Shown: positions 25,959 to 33,768 of the stretch, piece by piece
How positions within the stretch are numbered: the first letter of the stretch is position 1
Layout of the letters: every line of letters starts with the position of its first letter
NCBI GenBank assembly: GCA_009773645.1
Contig: WSYB01000009.1
Coordinates: forward strand, 1,480 to 65,479
Direction of reading: 5' to 3'
DNA length: 64,000 nucleotides
Source of the DNA: Geobacteraceae bacterium
Lineage (GTDB): Bacteria > Desulfobacterota > Desulfuromonadia > Geobacterales > Geobacteraceae
The notes under the pieces: model-generated
What the model was told of the DNA's origin: nothing
Database searches by the model: none
The model's input: only the letters and a program-made list of their open reading frames with translations
Program-made: the position numbers and the translations under genes

Positions 25959-26016
25959 CGTAGGGTGCGTTCCACGCACCAATGACAACCATTTGGTGCG
26001 GAAGCCGCACCCTACG
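25959..26016. repeat. CGTAGGGTGCG...CGCACCCTACG palindrome (variant of the TGTAGGGGC family)
   Basis: cgtagggtgcgttccacgcaccaatgacaaccatttggtgcggaagccgcaccctacg, lying between pdhA and pdhB. Confidence 0.8.
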
Positions 26017-26047
26017 AGCTGTAAATCCAGTTTTAAGAGGTTTAAAA

Positions 26048-27004
26048 ATGCCCGAAATGACGTATAGAGACGCCCTCAACCTCGCCCTGAAGGAGGAAAT
26101 GCGCCGCGACCCGTCCGTGGTCATGTGGGGGGAGGACGTGGCGCTGTACGAGGGGTCGTTCAAGGTGACGCGCGGCCTTCTGGCCGAGTTCGGCGAGATG
26201 CGGGTGAAGGACACGCCCATTTCCGAGAACACAATCGTCGTGCGGCCCATTGCGGAGCTGATGACGGTCAACTTCGCGCTGCTGGCTATGGACCAGATCG
26301 TGAACCACATGACCAAGATCCGCTACATGTTCGGCGGCCAGGTCAATCTTCCCATGGTGATCCGGGCGCCGGGAGGAGGGGGGAGCCAGCTTGCCGCCCA
26401 GCATTCCCAGAGCCTGGAGACTTTTTTCATGCATGCTCCCGGCATGTACGTGGCCGTGCCGGCCACTCCGGCCGACGCCAAGGGACTATTAAAGACCGCC
26501 ATCCGCGACAACAATCCGGTCATGTTCCTGGAGCACGAGCTTCTCTACAACAGCAAGGGGGAGGTGCCGGCGGACCCGGAATTCACGTTGCCGTTAGGGA
26601 AGTGCGATGTCAAGCGGGAGGGGAAGGACGTCACCATCGTCGCCTATTCGCGCATGACGGTCCTGTCGCTCATGGCGGCGGCGGAGCTTGAAAAGGAGGG
26701 GATTTCCTGCGAGGTGGTGGACCTCCGGACCCTGAGCCCCCTTGATACGGAGACCTTCACGGCTTCGGCGAAAAAGTGCGGTCGCGCCGTGGTCGTTGAA
26801 GAGTGCTGGCACACCTGCGGGCTGGGGGCCGAAATCGCCTCGCGCATTTACGAGAACTGTTTCGACAGCCTCCACGCGCCGGTGCAGCGGGTTTCCGGCC
26901 TCGATGTGCCGATGCCCTATTCGAGAAAGCTCGAAAAGCTCTGCATCCCGCAGGTGGAGGATATCGTCAAGGCGGTGAAGGAGACATTGGCTGCAAAATA
27001 TTAA
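26048..27004 (+). CDS. pdhB: Pyruvate dehydrogenase E1 beta subunit with an apparent 10-residue internal gap
   Basis: MPEMTYRDALNLALKEEM..., AAQHSQSLE and a C-terminal transketolase-like domain. The DTPISE...RPIAELM spacing is shorter than in family members I recall. Confidence 0.85.
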   Translation: MPEMTYRDALNLALKEEMRRDPSVVMWGEDVALYEGSFKVTRGLLAEFGEMRVKDTPISENTIVVRPIAELMTVNFALLAMDQIVNHMTKIRYMFGGQVNLPMVIRAPGGGGSQLAAQHSQSLETFFMHAPGMYVAVPATPADAKGLLKTAIRDNNPVMFLEHELLYNSKGEVPADPEFTLPLGKCDVKREGKDVTIVAYSRMTVLSLMAAAELEKEGISCEVVDLRTLSPLDTETFTASAKKCGRAVVVEECWHTCGLGAEIASRIYENCFDSLHAPVQRVSGLDVPMPYSRKLEKLCIPQVEDIVKAVKETLAAKY

Positions 27005-27008
27005 CATC

Positions 27009-27215
27009 TGCCACAGAGCCACGGAGACGCAGAGAAATCTGAAAAACCTAAAACATGAAACAGTTCACGCAAAGGCGCAAAGGCGCAAAGAAAGACAAAA
27101 ACCTTAAGAAATTTTGGTTTTAAACCCAAAAGACTGAATCTTTGATTTTCCTTTGCGTCTTGGCGTCTTTGCGTGAAAAAGGTTTGCTTTCTCCGTGTCT
27201 CTGTGGCTCTGTGGC
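27009..27215. repeat. Nested long inverted repeat (CACRGAGN outer arms, GCGCAAAG inner arms), filling the pdhB-E2 gap
   Basis: Outer arms gccacagagccacggagacgcagagaaa / tttctccgtgtctctgtggctctgtggc. Inner arms tcacgcaaaggcgcaaaggcgcaaag / cctttgcgtcttggcgtctttgcgtga. Confidence 0.9.
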
Positions 27216-27230
27216 AAGAAAGGTTTTAAA

Positions 27231-28496
27231 ATGGCGACAGAAATAACGATGCCGAAGCTCTCCGACACCATGACGGAGGGGAGGCTCGTCTCCTGGAAAA
27301 AGAGCGTGGGCGAGCGGGTCGAGCGGGGGGATATCATCGCCGAGGTGGAGACCGACAAGGCGAACATGGAACTGGAGGCTTTCGCCTCAGGCGTGCTGCT
27401 GGAGACCAGGGTAAAGGCGGGGGATCTGGTCCCTGTTGGGACCGTCATCGGGATCATCGGCGAGGCGGGGGAGGCCGTGGCGGTCCCGCCGGCCGGGGCG
27501 GCGGTTCGTGAAGCGGAAGCCGCAAAGGAGAAACCGATAAAGGAAATCCCCGCCGAAAAGGAGAAACTACCCCCGGAAGAGCCGAAGGAGGCGGTTTCCC
27601 CCCCCGTTCAGCCGGTCGAAGCCGCCGAAGCGGTGGAGATCGAGAAGGCGTCTCCCCTGGTGCGCCGTCTTGCCCGCGAACAGGGGATCGACCTTAAACT
27701 GGTCAAGGGGAGCGGACCGGAAGGGAGAATCCTCCAGGAGGACCTGGAAAGGTTCATAAAGGAGCGGGAGTCGGGAACCGGGACGCGGGAACAGGAAAAG
27801 GCCAAGGTCCAACAGCCGCCGGTTGGGGGCACGCAGCCCCTTTCCCGGATGCGGGCGGCCATTGCCAGGACCGTATCCGAGGCATGGCGGACCATTCCCC
27901 ATTTTGCCGTGACCGATGCAATTGAGATGGGGGAGGCGGAGAGGATGCGCCGTGAACTCAAGGAGGCCGGTACTCCCCTCACCATCAACGATCTGATCGT
28001 CAAGGCCGCGGCCATGGCCCTGGCGAAGTTTCCCCTGGTGAACGCCTCCTTTGCCGGGGACGGAATACTCCTCCATGGGGAGGTCAACATCGGTATTGCC
28101 GTCGGTCTCGAAGAGGGACTTCTGGTGCCGGTCATCAAAGGATGCCAGAATCTTTCACTCCGGGAGACAGCGGAAAAAAGCCGGGCATTGATCGCTCTGG
28201 CCCAGAGCGGCAGGATCAGTGAAACGGATATCGCCGGTGGAACTTTCTCAATCTCCAACCTTGGCATGTTCGGGGTGGAAGAGTTCATGGCGGTGATTCT
28301 CCCTCCCCAGGGGGCCATTCTGGCGGTGGGGGCGATCATCGACCAGCCGGCGGTAAAGGATGGCCGCATAGTTCCGATACGTATGATGAAGGCGACCCTT
28401 TCAGCCGACCACCGGCTGCTGGACGGCCTTTATGCGGCGCGGTTCATGGCCGAGCTGAAGAGGGTGCTGGAAAATCCTGTTGTGATGCTGGTATGA
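27231..28496 (+). CDS. pdhC: Dihydrolipoamide acetyltransferase (PDH E2)
   Basis: Lipoyl domain MATEITMPKLSDTMTEG...AEVETDKANMELEA, PSBD ASPLVRRLAREQGIDLKLVKGSGPEGRILQEDL and catalytic LSADHRLLDG. Confidence 0.9.
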   Translation: MATEITMPKLSDTMTEGRLVSWKKSVGERVERGDIIAEVETDKANMELEAFASGVLLETRVKAGDLVPVGTVIGIIGEAGEAVAVPPAGAAVREAEAAKEKPIKEIPAEKEKLPPEEPKEAVSPPVQPVEAAEAVEIEKASPLVRRLAREQGIDLKLVKGSGPEGRILQEDLERFIKERESGTGTREQEKAKVQQPPVGGTQPLSRMRAAIARTVSEAWRTIPHFAVTDAIEMGEAERMRRELKEAGTPLTINDLIVKAAAMALAKFPLVNASFAGDGILLHGEVNIGIAVGLEEGLLVPVIKGCQNLSLRETAEKSRALIALAQSGRISETDIAGGTFSISNLGMFGVEEFMAVILPPQGAILAVGAIIDQPAVKDGRIVPIRMMKATLSADHRLLDGLYAARFMAELKRVLENPVVMLV

Positions 28497-28515
28497 ACCT
28501 GAAAGGCATAACCTT

Positions 28516-28742
28516 GCCACAGAGAACACAGAGGGCACAGAGAAAAACTGCATGCATAAAATCCGTTAGTAATCTGCGAAGAACAGAAATGACACAAAGT
28601 TAAATCCTTGAAAAAAAGAATTAACTCAAGGGTTTTTCAACTAATAAAGATTTTCCGGTTTTGCTTTTCTTCGTGTTCCTTCGTGGATAAAGAAGTTTTC
28701 TAACAGAAGATTTATCTCTGTGACCTCTGTGGTCTCTGTGGC
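28516..28742. repeat. Nested long inverted repeat (CACAGAGN outer arms), filling the E2-lipB gap
   Basis: Outer arms gccacagagaacacagagggcacagagaaaaa / atctctgtgacctctgtggtctctgtggc. Inner arms atctgcgaagaacagaaatgacac / cttttcttcgtgttccttcgtggat are partly complementary. Confidence 0.85.
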
Positions 28743-28765
28743 TGAGAGCTTTTGGCGTGATTTTT

Positions 28766-29422
28766 ATGAATGTCATCGACCTCGATCTGATCGATTTTGC
28801 GGAGGCCTACGCCATCCAGGAACGTCTGGCCGCGGATGTTTTTGCCGGGCAGGCCCCGGAAACGCTCCTTCTCCTGGAACATCCCCCGGTTTATACAATC
28901 GGCAGCGGCGGCAGGGAGGAGAACATCCTGGACCACGGGGTTTCGGCCGTGCGCATCAACCGGGGGGGAGATGTCACCTTTCACGGGCCGGGGCAACTGG
29001 TGGGGTATCCGATCATCGATCTGGGCAGGCGCAGCCGGGATCTGCACCGCTACCTCCGCTTTCTGGAGGAGATGCTCATTCTGGCAGCGGCAGACTACGG
29101 GGTTAATGCATGCCGGGTGGCGGGACGCACCGGAGTCTGGACCGGACGGGGTAAGATCGCTTCCATTGGGGTGGGGGTGCGGCGCTGGATAACCATGCAC
29201 GGCTTTGCGCTCAATGTGGCGCCCGACCTGGCCGGGTTTGCCCGGATCAATCCCTGTGGCATGGCCAATTGCCCGATAACTTCGCTGTCACTTGAGAACG
29301 GTGCTTTCGTGCCGATAAGTGATGTTAAGGCCCGGATCGGCGCGCGGTTTGAAACGATGCTGAATGCATGGCTTCCTCTCAGAAGAGACCGTGACGCAGG
29401 GGCGTATGGCCGGCAATATTGA
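28766..29422 (+). CDS. lipB: Octanoyltransferase LipB
   Basis: EHPPVYTIG, RGGDVTFHGPGQLVGYPI, GKIASIGVGVRRWITMHGFALN and NPCG. A GTG at 28757 is an alternative start. Confidence 0.85.
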   Translation: MNVIDLDLIDFAEAYAIQERLAADVFAGQAPETLLLLEHPPVYTIGSGGREENILDHGVSAVRINRGGDVTFHGPGQLVGYPIIDLGRRSRDLHRYLRFLEEMLILAAADYGVNACRVAGRTGVWTGRGKIASIGVGVRRWITMHGFALNVAPDLAGFARINPCGMANCPITSLSLENGAFVPISDVKARIGARFETMLNAWLPLRRDRDAGAYGRQY

Positions 29423-29447
29423 TATGATAATACAAAAGGAGGCTAAG

Positions 29448-31895
29448 GTGTCGAACGACAATTTCAAGGTACCGGTGGAACAGCTCAGATGGGAGTGCGA
29501 CACGAACCAGTTTGATTTCAACACCACCGATGAATTGCATGAACTGGAAGGGACAATCGGTCAGCAGCGCGCGCTCAAATCCATAGAATTCGGCCTTGAT
29601 ATCAAGGATAACGGCTTCAACCTGTATGTTTCCGGCGAAACCGGAACGGGCCGAAACTCCAGCATCAGGAATCTCTTAAAGAAGCGCGCCAAAGGGGAAC
29701 CTCATCCCCACGACTGGTGTTACGTCTACAATTTCAAGGACCCTGATAATCCCGTCTCCCTGGTCCTTTCCGCCGGTCGGGGAAGTGAACTTGCCAAGGA
29801 CATGAAGGAACTTCTGGACGCAGTGCGGGCGGACATTCCCAAGGCACTCGACAGCAAGGAGTACGAGACCAACAAGTCGCACATCATCGAAGGGTATCAG
29901 GAGAAAAACGGCGAGCTTTTCGCCGTCCTGGAGAAGGAGGCGACTGAAAAGGAATTTGCCCTGCAAAGAACGGTTTCCGGTCTGGTCATGGTGCCCCAGA
30001 AGGAGGGGCGCAATTACACCCAGGAGGAGTACGAAGCCCTTTCCAAAGAGGAGCAGAAAAAGCTCGACGAGGTAGGACAGGAATTGACCGATAAGCTCAA
30101 CGATGTCCTGCGGCAGGTGCGGGAAAACGAGAAGGCGACCAAGGATGCCCTGGCCCAGCTTGACCGGGACCTGGGACTGTCCGCCGTGGGGCATCACATT
30201 GATCCCCTGCAGGAGAAATACGCTGAGTCCGACAAGGTCGTCAAGTATCTGGAATCGGTAAAGGAGGATATCCTGCTGAACCTGGAGGACTTCAAACCTC
30301 AGCCGCCGGCGCCCCAGATCCCGGGCTTAAGGCTTCCCAAGCAGGAGCCGTCCTTTGAGCGCTACGAGGTGAATGTCCTTGTGGACAACAAGGAGACTGC
30401 CGGTGCGCCGGTGGTGTTCGAGGCCAATCCCACCTACAACAACCTCTTCGGCCGCATCGAGCATGTCATGCAGATGGGGGGAGCCGCCATAACCAGCTTT
30501 ACCATGATCAAACCGGGGGCTCTCCACCGGGCCAACGGCGGCTATCTCATCCTCGACGCCCGGGAGGTACTGACCAACCCCTTTTCCTGGGACGCCTTGA
30601 AGCGCTGCATAAGGAACGGCGAGATCAAGGTCGAGGATGTGCTGGAACAGTATCGTTTCATGACCGTTGTGTCGCTAAAACCCGAGCCGGTGCCGCTCCA
30701 GGCGAAGATCATCATGATCGGCTCCCCCTGGATATATTACCTCCTCTACTACCTGGAGCCGGACTACCGGAAATTCTTCAAGGTCAAGGCCGATTTCGAC
30801 AGCCGTATCTCCCGTAATCCGGAGATCATGAAGGATTACGCGCTGTTCGTGGCGACCCACTGCAAGAACGAAAAGCTCATCCCCTTTGACCGGAGCGCTG
30901 TAGGCGGGCTCCTGGAGTATTCGTCGCGCCTGGTGGAGGACCAGGAGAAGCTTTCGTCCCAATTCATGGAGATCGCCGACCTGATCCGGGAGGCGAGCTA
31001 CTGGGCCGGCAAGGAGCAGAGCCCGATCGTGACCAGGGATTTCGTCAAGCGCGCCATCGAGGAAAAGATTTACCGGAGTAACCGGATCGAAGAGCGGATG
31101 CAGGAGATGTTCGAAGAAGGGACCATCCTGGTGGACACCGCCGGGACCGAAGTGGGGCAGATCAACGGTCTGTCGGTCCTTACCCTGGGCGATTACATGT
31201 TCGGCAGACCGTCGCGGGTCACGGCCCGGGTCTATATGGGGCGCGCCGGGATGGTCAATATCGAACGGGAGGTGAAACTCTCCGGCCCGATCCATGACAA
31301 GGGGATGATGATCCTCTCCGGCTACCTGGGGGGGAAATTCGCCCACGACAAGCCGCTCTCATTCTCGGCGTCCATCTGCTTCGAACAGTCATACGAAGGG
31401 GTGGAAGGTGACAGCGCTTCTTCCACCGAGCTGTACGCGCTCCTCTCGGCCCTTTCCGGCATGCCGCTCAGGCAGGGGATAGCGGTAACCGGCAGCGTGA
31501 ACCAGTTGGGGAAGGTCCAGCCCATAGGCGGGGTCAATTATAAGATCGAGGGGTTCTATGCCGTTTGCAAGGCCAAGGGGCTCGATGGCTCCCAGGGAGT
31601 GATGATCCCTAAAACCAATGAGCGGCACCTGATGCTGAAGGACGAGGTGGTGGAAGCGGTGAGGGATGGAAAATTCCACATCTGGAGCGTGGAAACCATC
31701 GACCAGGGGATCGAGATATTGACCTCCGTTCCGGCGGGTGAGCGGCAGGAGGACGGGAGTTACCCGGAGGGGACCATCAACCACCTGGTAAACAAGCGAC
31801 TCCGTGAGATGGGGGAGAGCATGAAGAAATTCTCCGCACCGGAGAAGGAGGAGAAGAAGGAGTCTGAGGGCGCAAAGGCCATCGAGGAAAAGTAA
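29448..31895 (+). CDS. Lon-like protease (AAA-like N-terminal region plus Lon proteolytic domain) with Walker-A Lys replaced by Arg
   Basis: GETGTGRNS in the P-loop position. Lon_C motifs VEGDSASSTELYALLSAL (Ser) and IGGVNYKIEGF (Lys). GTG start at 29448 with AAGGAGG 8 nt upstream. Confidence 0.8.
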   Translation: MSNDNFKVPVEQLRWECDTNQFDFNTTDELHELEGTIGQQRALKSIEFGLDIKDNGFNLYVSGETGTGRNSSIRNLLKKRAKGEPHPHDWCYVYNFKDPDNPVSLVLSAGRGSELAKDMKELLDAVRADIPKALDSKEYETNKSHIIEGYQEKNGELFAVLEKEATEKEFALQRTVSGLVMVPQKEGRNYTQEEYEALSKEEQKKLDEVGQELTDKLNDVLRQVRENEKATKDALAQLDRDLGLSAVGHHIDPLQEKYAESDKVVKYLESVKEDILLNLEDFKPQPPAPQIPGLRLPKQEPSFERYEVNVLVDNKETAGAPVVFEANPTYNNLFGRIEHVMQMGGAAITSFTMIKPGALHRANGGYLILDAREVLTNPFSWDALKRCIRNGEIKVEDVLEQYRFMTVVSLKPEPVPLQAKIIMIGSPWIYYLLYYLEPDYRKFFKVKADFDSRISRNPEIMKDYALFVATHCKNEKLIPFDRSAVGGLLEYSSRLVEDQEKLSSQFMEIADLIREASYWAGKEQSPIVTRDFVKRAIEEKIYRSNRIEERMQEMFEEGTILVDTAGTEVGQINGLSVLTLGDYMFGRPSRVTARVYMGRAGMVNIEREVKLSGPIHDKGMMILSGYLGGKFAHDKPLSFSASICFEQSYEGVEGDSASSTELYALLSALSGMPLRQGIAVTGSVNQLGKVQPIGGVNYKIEGFYAVCKAKGLDGSQGVMIPKTNERHLMLKDEVVEAVRDGKFHIWSVETIDQGIEILTSVPAGERQEDGSYPEGTINHLVNKRLREMGESMKKFSAPEKEEKKESEGAKAIEEK

Positions 31896-31930
31896 ATAGA
31901 AAAGTTTGCGTTAATTGTGGAGAGGGGAAG

Positions 31931-32248
31931 ATGAAAAGGGGACTTGCGGTGGTGCTGGTTGTAACGGCGTGCTTTGCGTCCATTCAAGTGCTTCATGGGG
32001 CGGAGAAGTCGGGCGAGGCGCTCTTCAATGAGTACTGCTCCGCCTGTCACGCCCAGGGCGGGAACATCATCAACCCCCAGAAGACCCTTTACAGGATCGA
32101 CCGCATGGCGAGCGGCATCGGGAAACCGCAGGACATCGTGAAGAAGATGAGGAGTCCCGGCCCGAGGATGCCGCGCTTTAACAGGAACATGATCTCCGAT
32201 GGGGACGCGCTGAAGATCGGAGAGTATATCGTCAAGACGTTCAACTAA
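31931..32248 (+). CDS. Small periplasmic class I c-type cytochrome
   Basis: Signal peptide, a single CSACH haem motif and a distal GPRMPRF Met ligand region. 105 aa. Confidence 0.8.
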   Translation: MKRGLAVVLVVTACFASIQVLHGAEKSGEALFNEYCSACHAQGGNIINPQKTLYRIDRMASGIGKPQDIVKKMRSPGPRMPRFNRNMISDGDALKIGEYIVKTFN

Positions 32249-32279
32249 AGTATCTTCAAGTCTTCACCGGAGGAGTGCA

Positions 32280-33152
32280 TTGGCGGATTTCTGCGCCCTT
32301 ATCATAAACCCCGTATCGGGTCACTATTCGGAACGGAAGATTCGGGAGATCGCGGCGATGCTCGTGTCGCACGGCCTTAATCCCGAACTTCTTCTTACCC
32401 GGGGACCGGACGATGCGACCCGCTTTTCCCGGCGGATCTGCGAGGAGCATGGGGAGCCGCTGATTATCGCCGGCGGAGGCGATGGAACCGTCAACGGGGT
32501 GGTCAACGGCCTTGTGCCCGGCAAGGCGACCATAGCGGTGCTCCCCCTCGGCACCGCCAATGTGCTGGCCAAGGAGCTGGGTATCCGTTCCATTGACGAT
32601 GCGGTGCGGAGGATCGTCCGGGGTGAAACGCGTCCCCTTTCGGCGGGCCTTCTGAAGGCAGGCGGGCTGAAGAGGTATTTTCTCCTGATGGCGGGAATAG
32701 GCTTTGACGGCTTCGTTGTGGAAGGGGTGCGGGGGAATGAAAAGAAGCTCCTGAAAGAGGGGGCATATATCCTTTCCGCCTTAAGGCGTCTCCGTAACTG
32801 GGAAAAGGGGCAATTGGAGGTCCTTGCCGATGGGCGGAGAATGGAGTGCCATTCCTTGATCATCTGTAATGCGGCAAAATACGGCGGTAAATTCCTCCTG
32901 GCGCCCCGGGCGGATATTTTTTCCCCGGAGTTTCAGGTGGTCTGCATCAAGAGCGATGCCAGAACGGCATTATTGAAACTGGTGCTCAGCACGCTCCTGG
33001 GAAAAACGGGCGAAACCGGGGATGTCCTCAGATTCACCACCAGCGAACTGGCCATTTCCGGCGCCAAAGCGGTGCAGGTGGACGGGGACTTCTGCTGTTA
33101 CTCCCCGGTAAAGATACGGGCAGTGGCGGGTTTTGCGCGCCTGGTAATCTAA
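32280..33152 (+). CDS. Diacylglycerol/lipid kinase family protein (YegS/DAGK catalytic domain)
   Basis: IINPVSG, IIAGGGDGTVNGVVNGL and LPLGTANVLAKELG. TTG start with GGAGG upstream. Confidence 0.85.
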   Translation: MADFCALIINPVSGHYSERKIREIAAMLVSHGLNPELLLTRGPDDATRFSRRICEEHGEPLIIAGGGDGTVNGVVNGLVPGKATIAVLPLGTANVLAKELGIRSIDDAVRRIVRGETRPLSAGLLKAGGLKRYFLLMAGIGFDGFVVEGVRGNEKKLLKEGAYILSALRRLRNWEKGQLEVLADGRRMECHSLIICNAAKYGGKFLLAPRADIFSPEFQVVCIKSDARTALLKLVLSTLLGKTGETGDVLRFTTSELAISGAKAVQVDGDFCCYSPVKIRAVAGFARLVI

Positions 33153-33311
33153 ATCAAGCTATAAGATATTCCTTCATCCGGGATGGTAGGATGGGGCTCC
33201 AATGATGGAGAGACGAAACAATAAAACACTGGACTGGTGGATTATCTTGGTTTATATAGATGATTAATCCAGGTCGAAAGTTCAACAAAGCAAGGAAAAG
33301 GAGGCAGAAAA

Positions 33312-33683
33312 ATGAAAAGATTTGCAGTTGCTCTTCTGACGGTTGTGACTATGGGGGTTGCCGGTTTGGCTGTTGCCGAGGAAATGGGCAAATCGGCACT
33401 CAAGGCCGGTGATGAGATTTATGTCTGCAATTGCGGTGAAGGATGCCAATGCGGCTCTGTGGCACGAAAGGCCAGCAATTGTGCGTGCAACAAGGAGATG
33501 GCGAAGGTCAAGGTGACCAAAGTCGAAGAGGCCAAGGCGTATTACATGGCGAATGGCAAGGAAAGGTCTGTTGCGACAACAGGGAAGTATGCCTGTGCCT
33601 GCGGCAGCAGGTGCGACTGCGGCTATATCAGCCAAAAGCCGGGCAAGTGCGCATGCGGTAAAGAGTTGAAAAAAGTGGAATGA
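33312..33683 (+). CDS. Secreted Cys-rich miniprotein with two CxCGxxCxCG...CAC(G/N)KE modules
   Basis: Signal peptide MKRFAVALLTVVTMGVAGLAVA. Modules YVCNCGEGCQCGSVARKASNCACNKEMAKV and YACACGSRCDCGYISQKPGKCACGKELKKV. Strong AAGGAGG RBS. Confidence 0.65.
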   Translation: MKRFAVALLTVVTMGVAGLAVAEEMGKSALKAGDEIYVCNCGEGCQCGSVARKASNCACNKEMAKVKVTKVEEAKAYYMANGKERSVATTGKYACACGSRCDCGYISQKPGKCACGKELKKVE

Positions 33684-33768
33684 TCTTTCAGCAATGACTT
33701 TCGTGCTGTCGGGAAACAGGCGACGCCCTTTGCGTCGCCTGTTTCTGTTTGCGGGCGCGCAGTCTGTG

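Noticed and set aside
25111-26316. 401-aa minus-strand ORF spanning pdhA/pdhB. Similar long antisense ORFs occur at 9908-11092, 45374-46489, 61242-62411, 48541-49248 and 21244-22005.
   Set aside because: All lie opposite well-supported genes and cross gene boundaries or repeat elements. They have the Arg/Gly/Pro-rich composition expected from reading GC-rich genes backwards.
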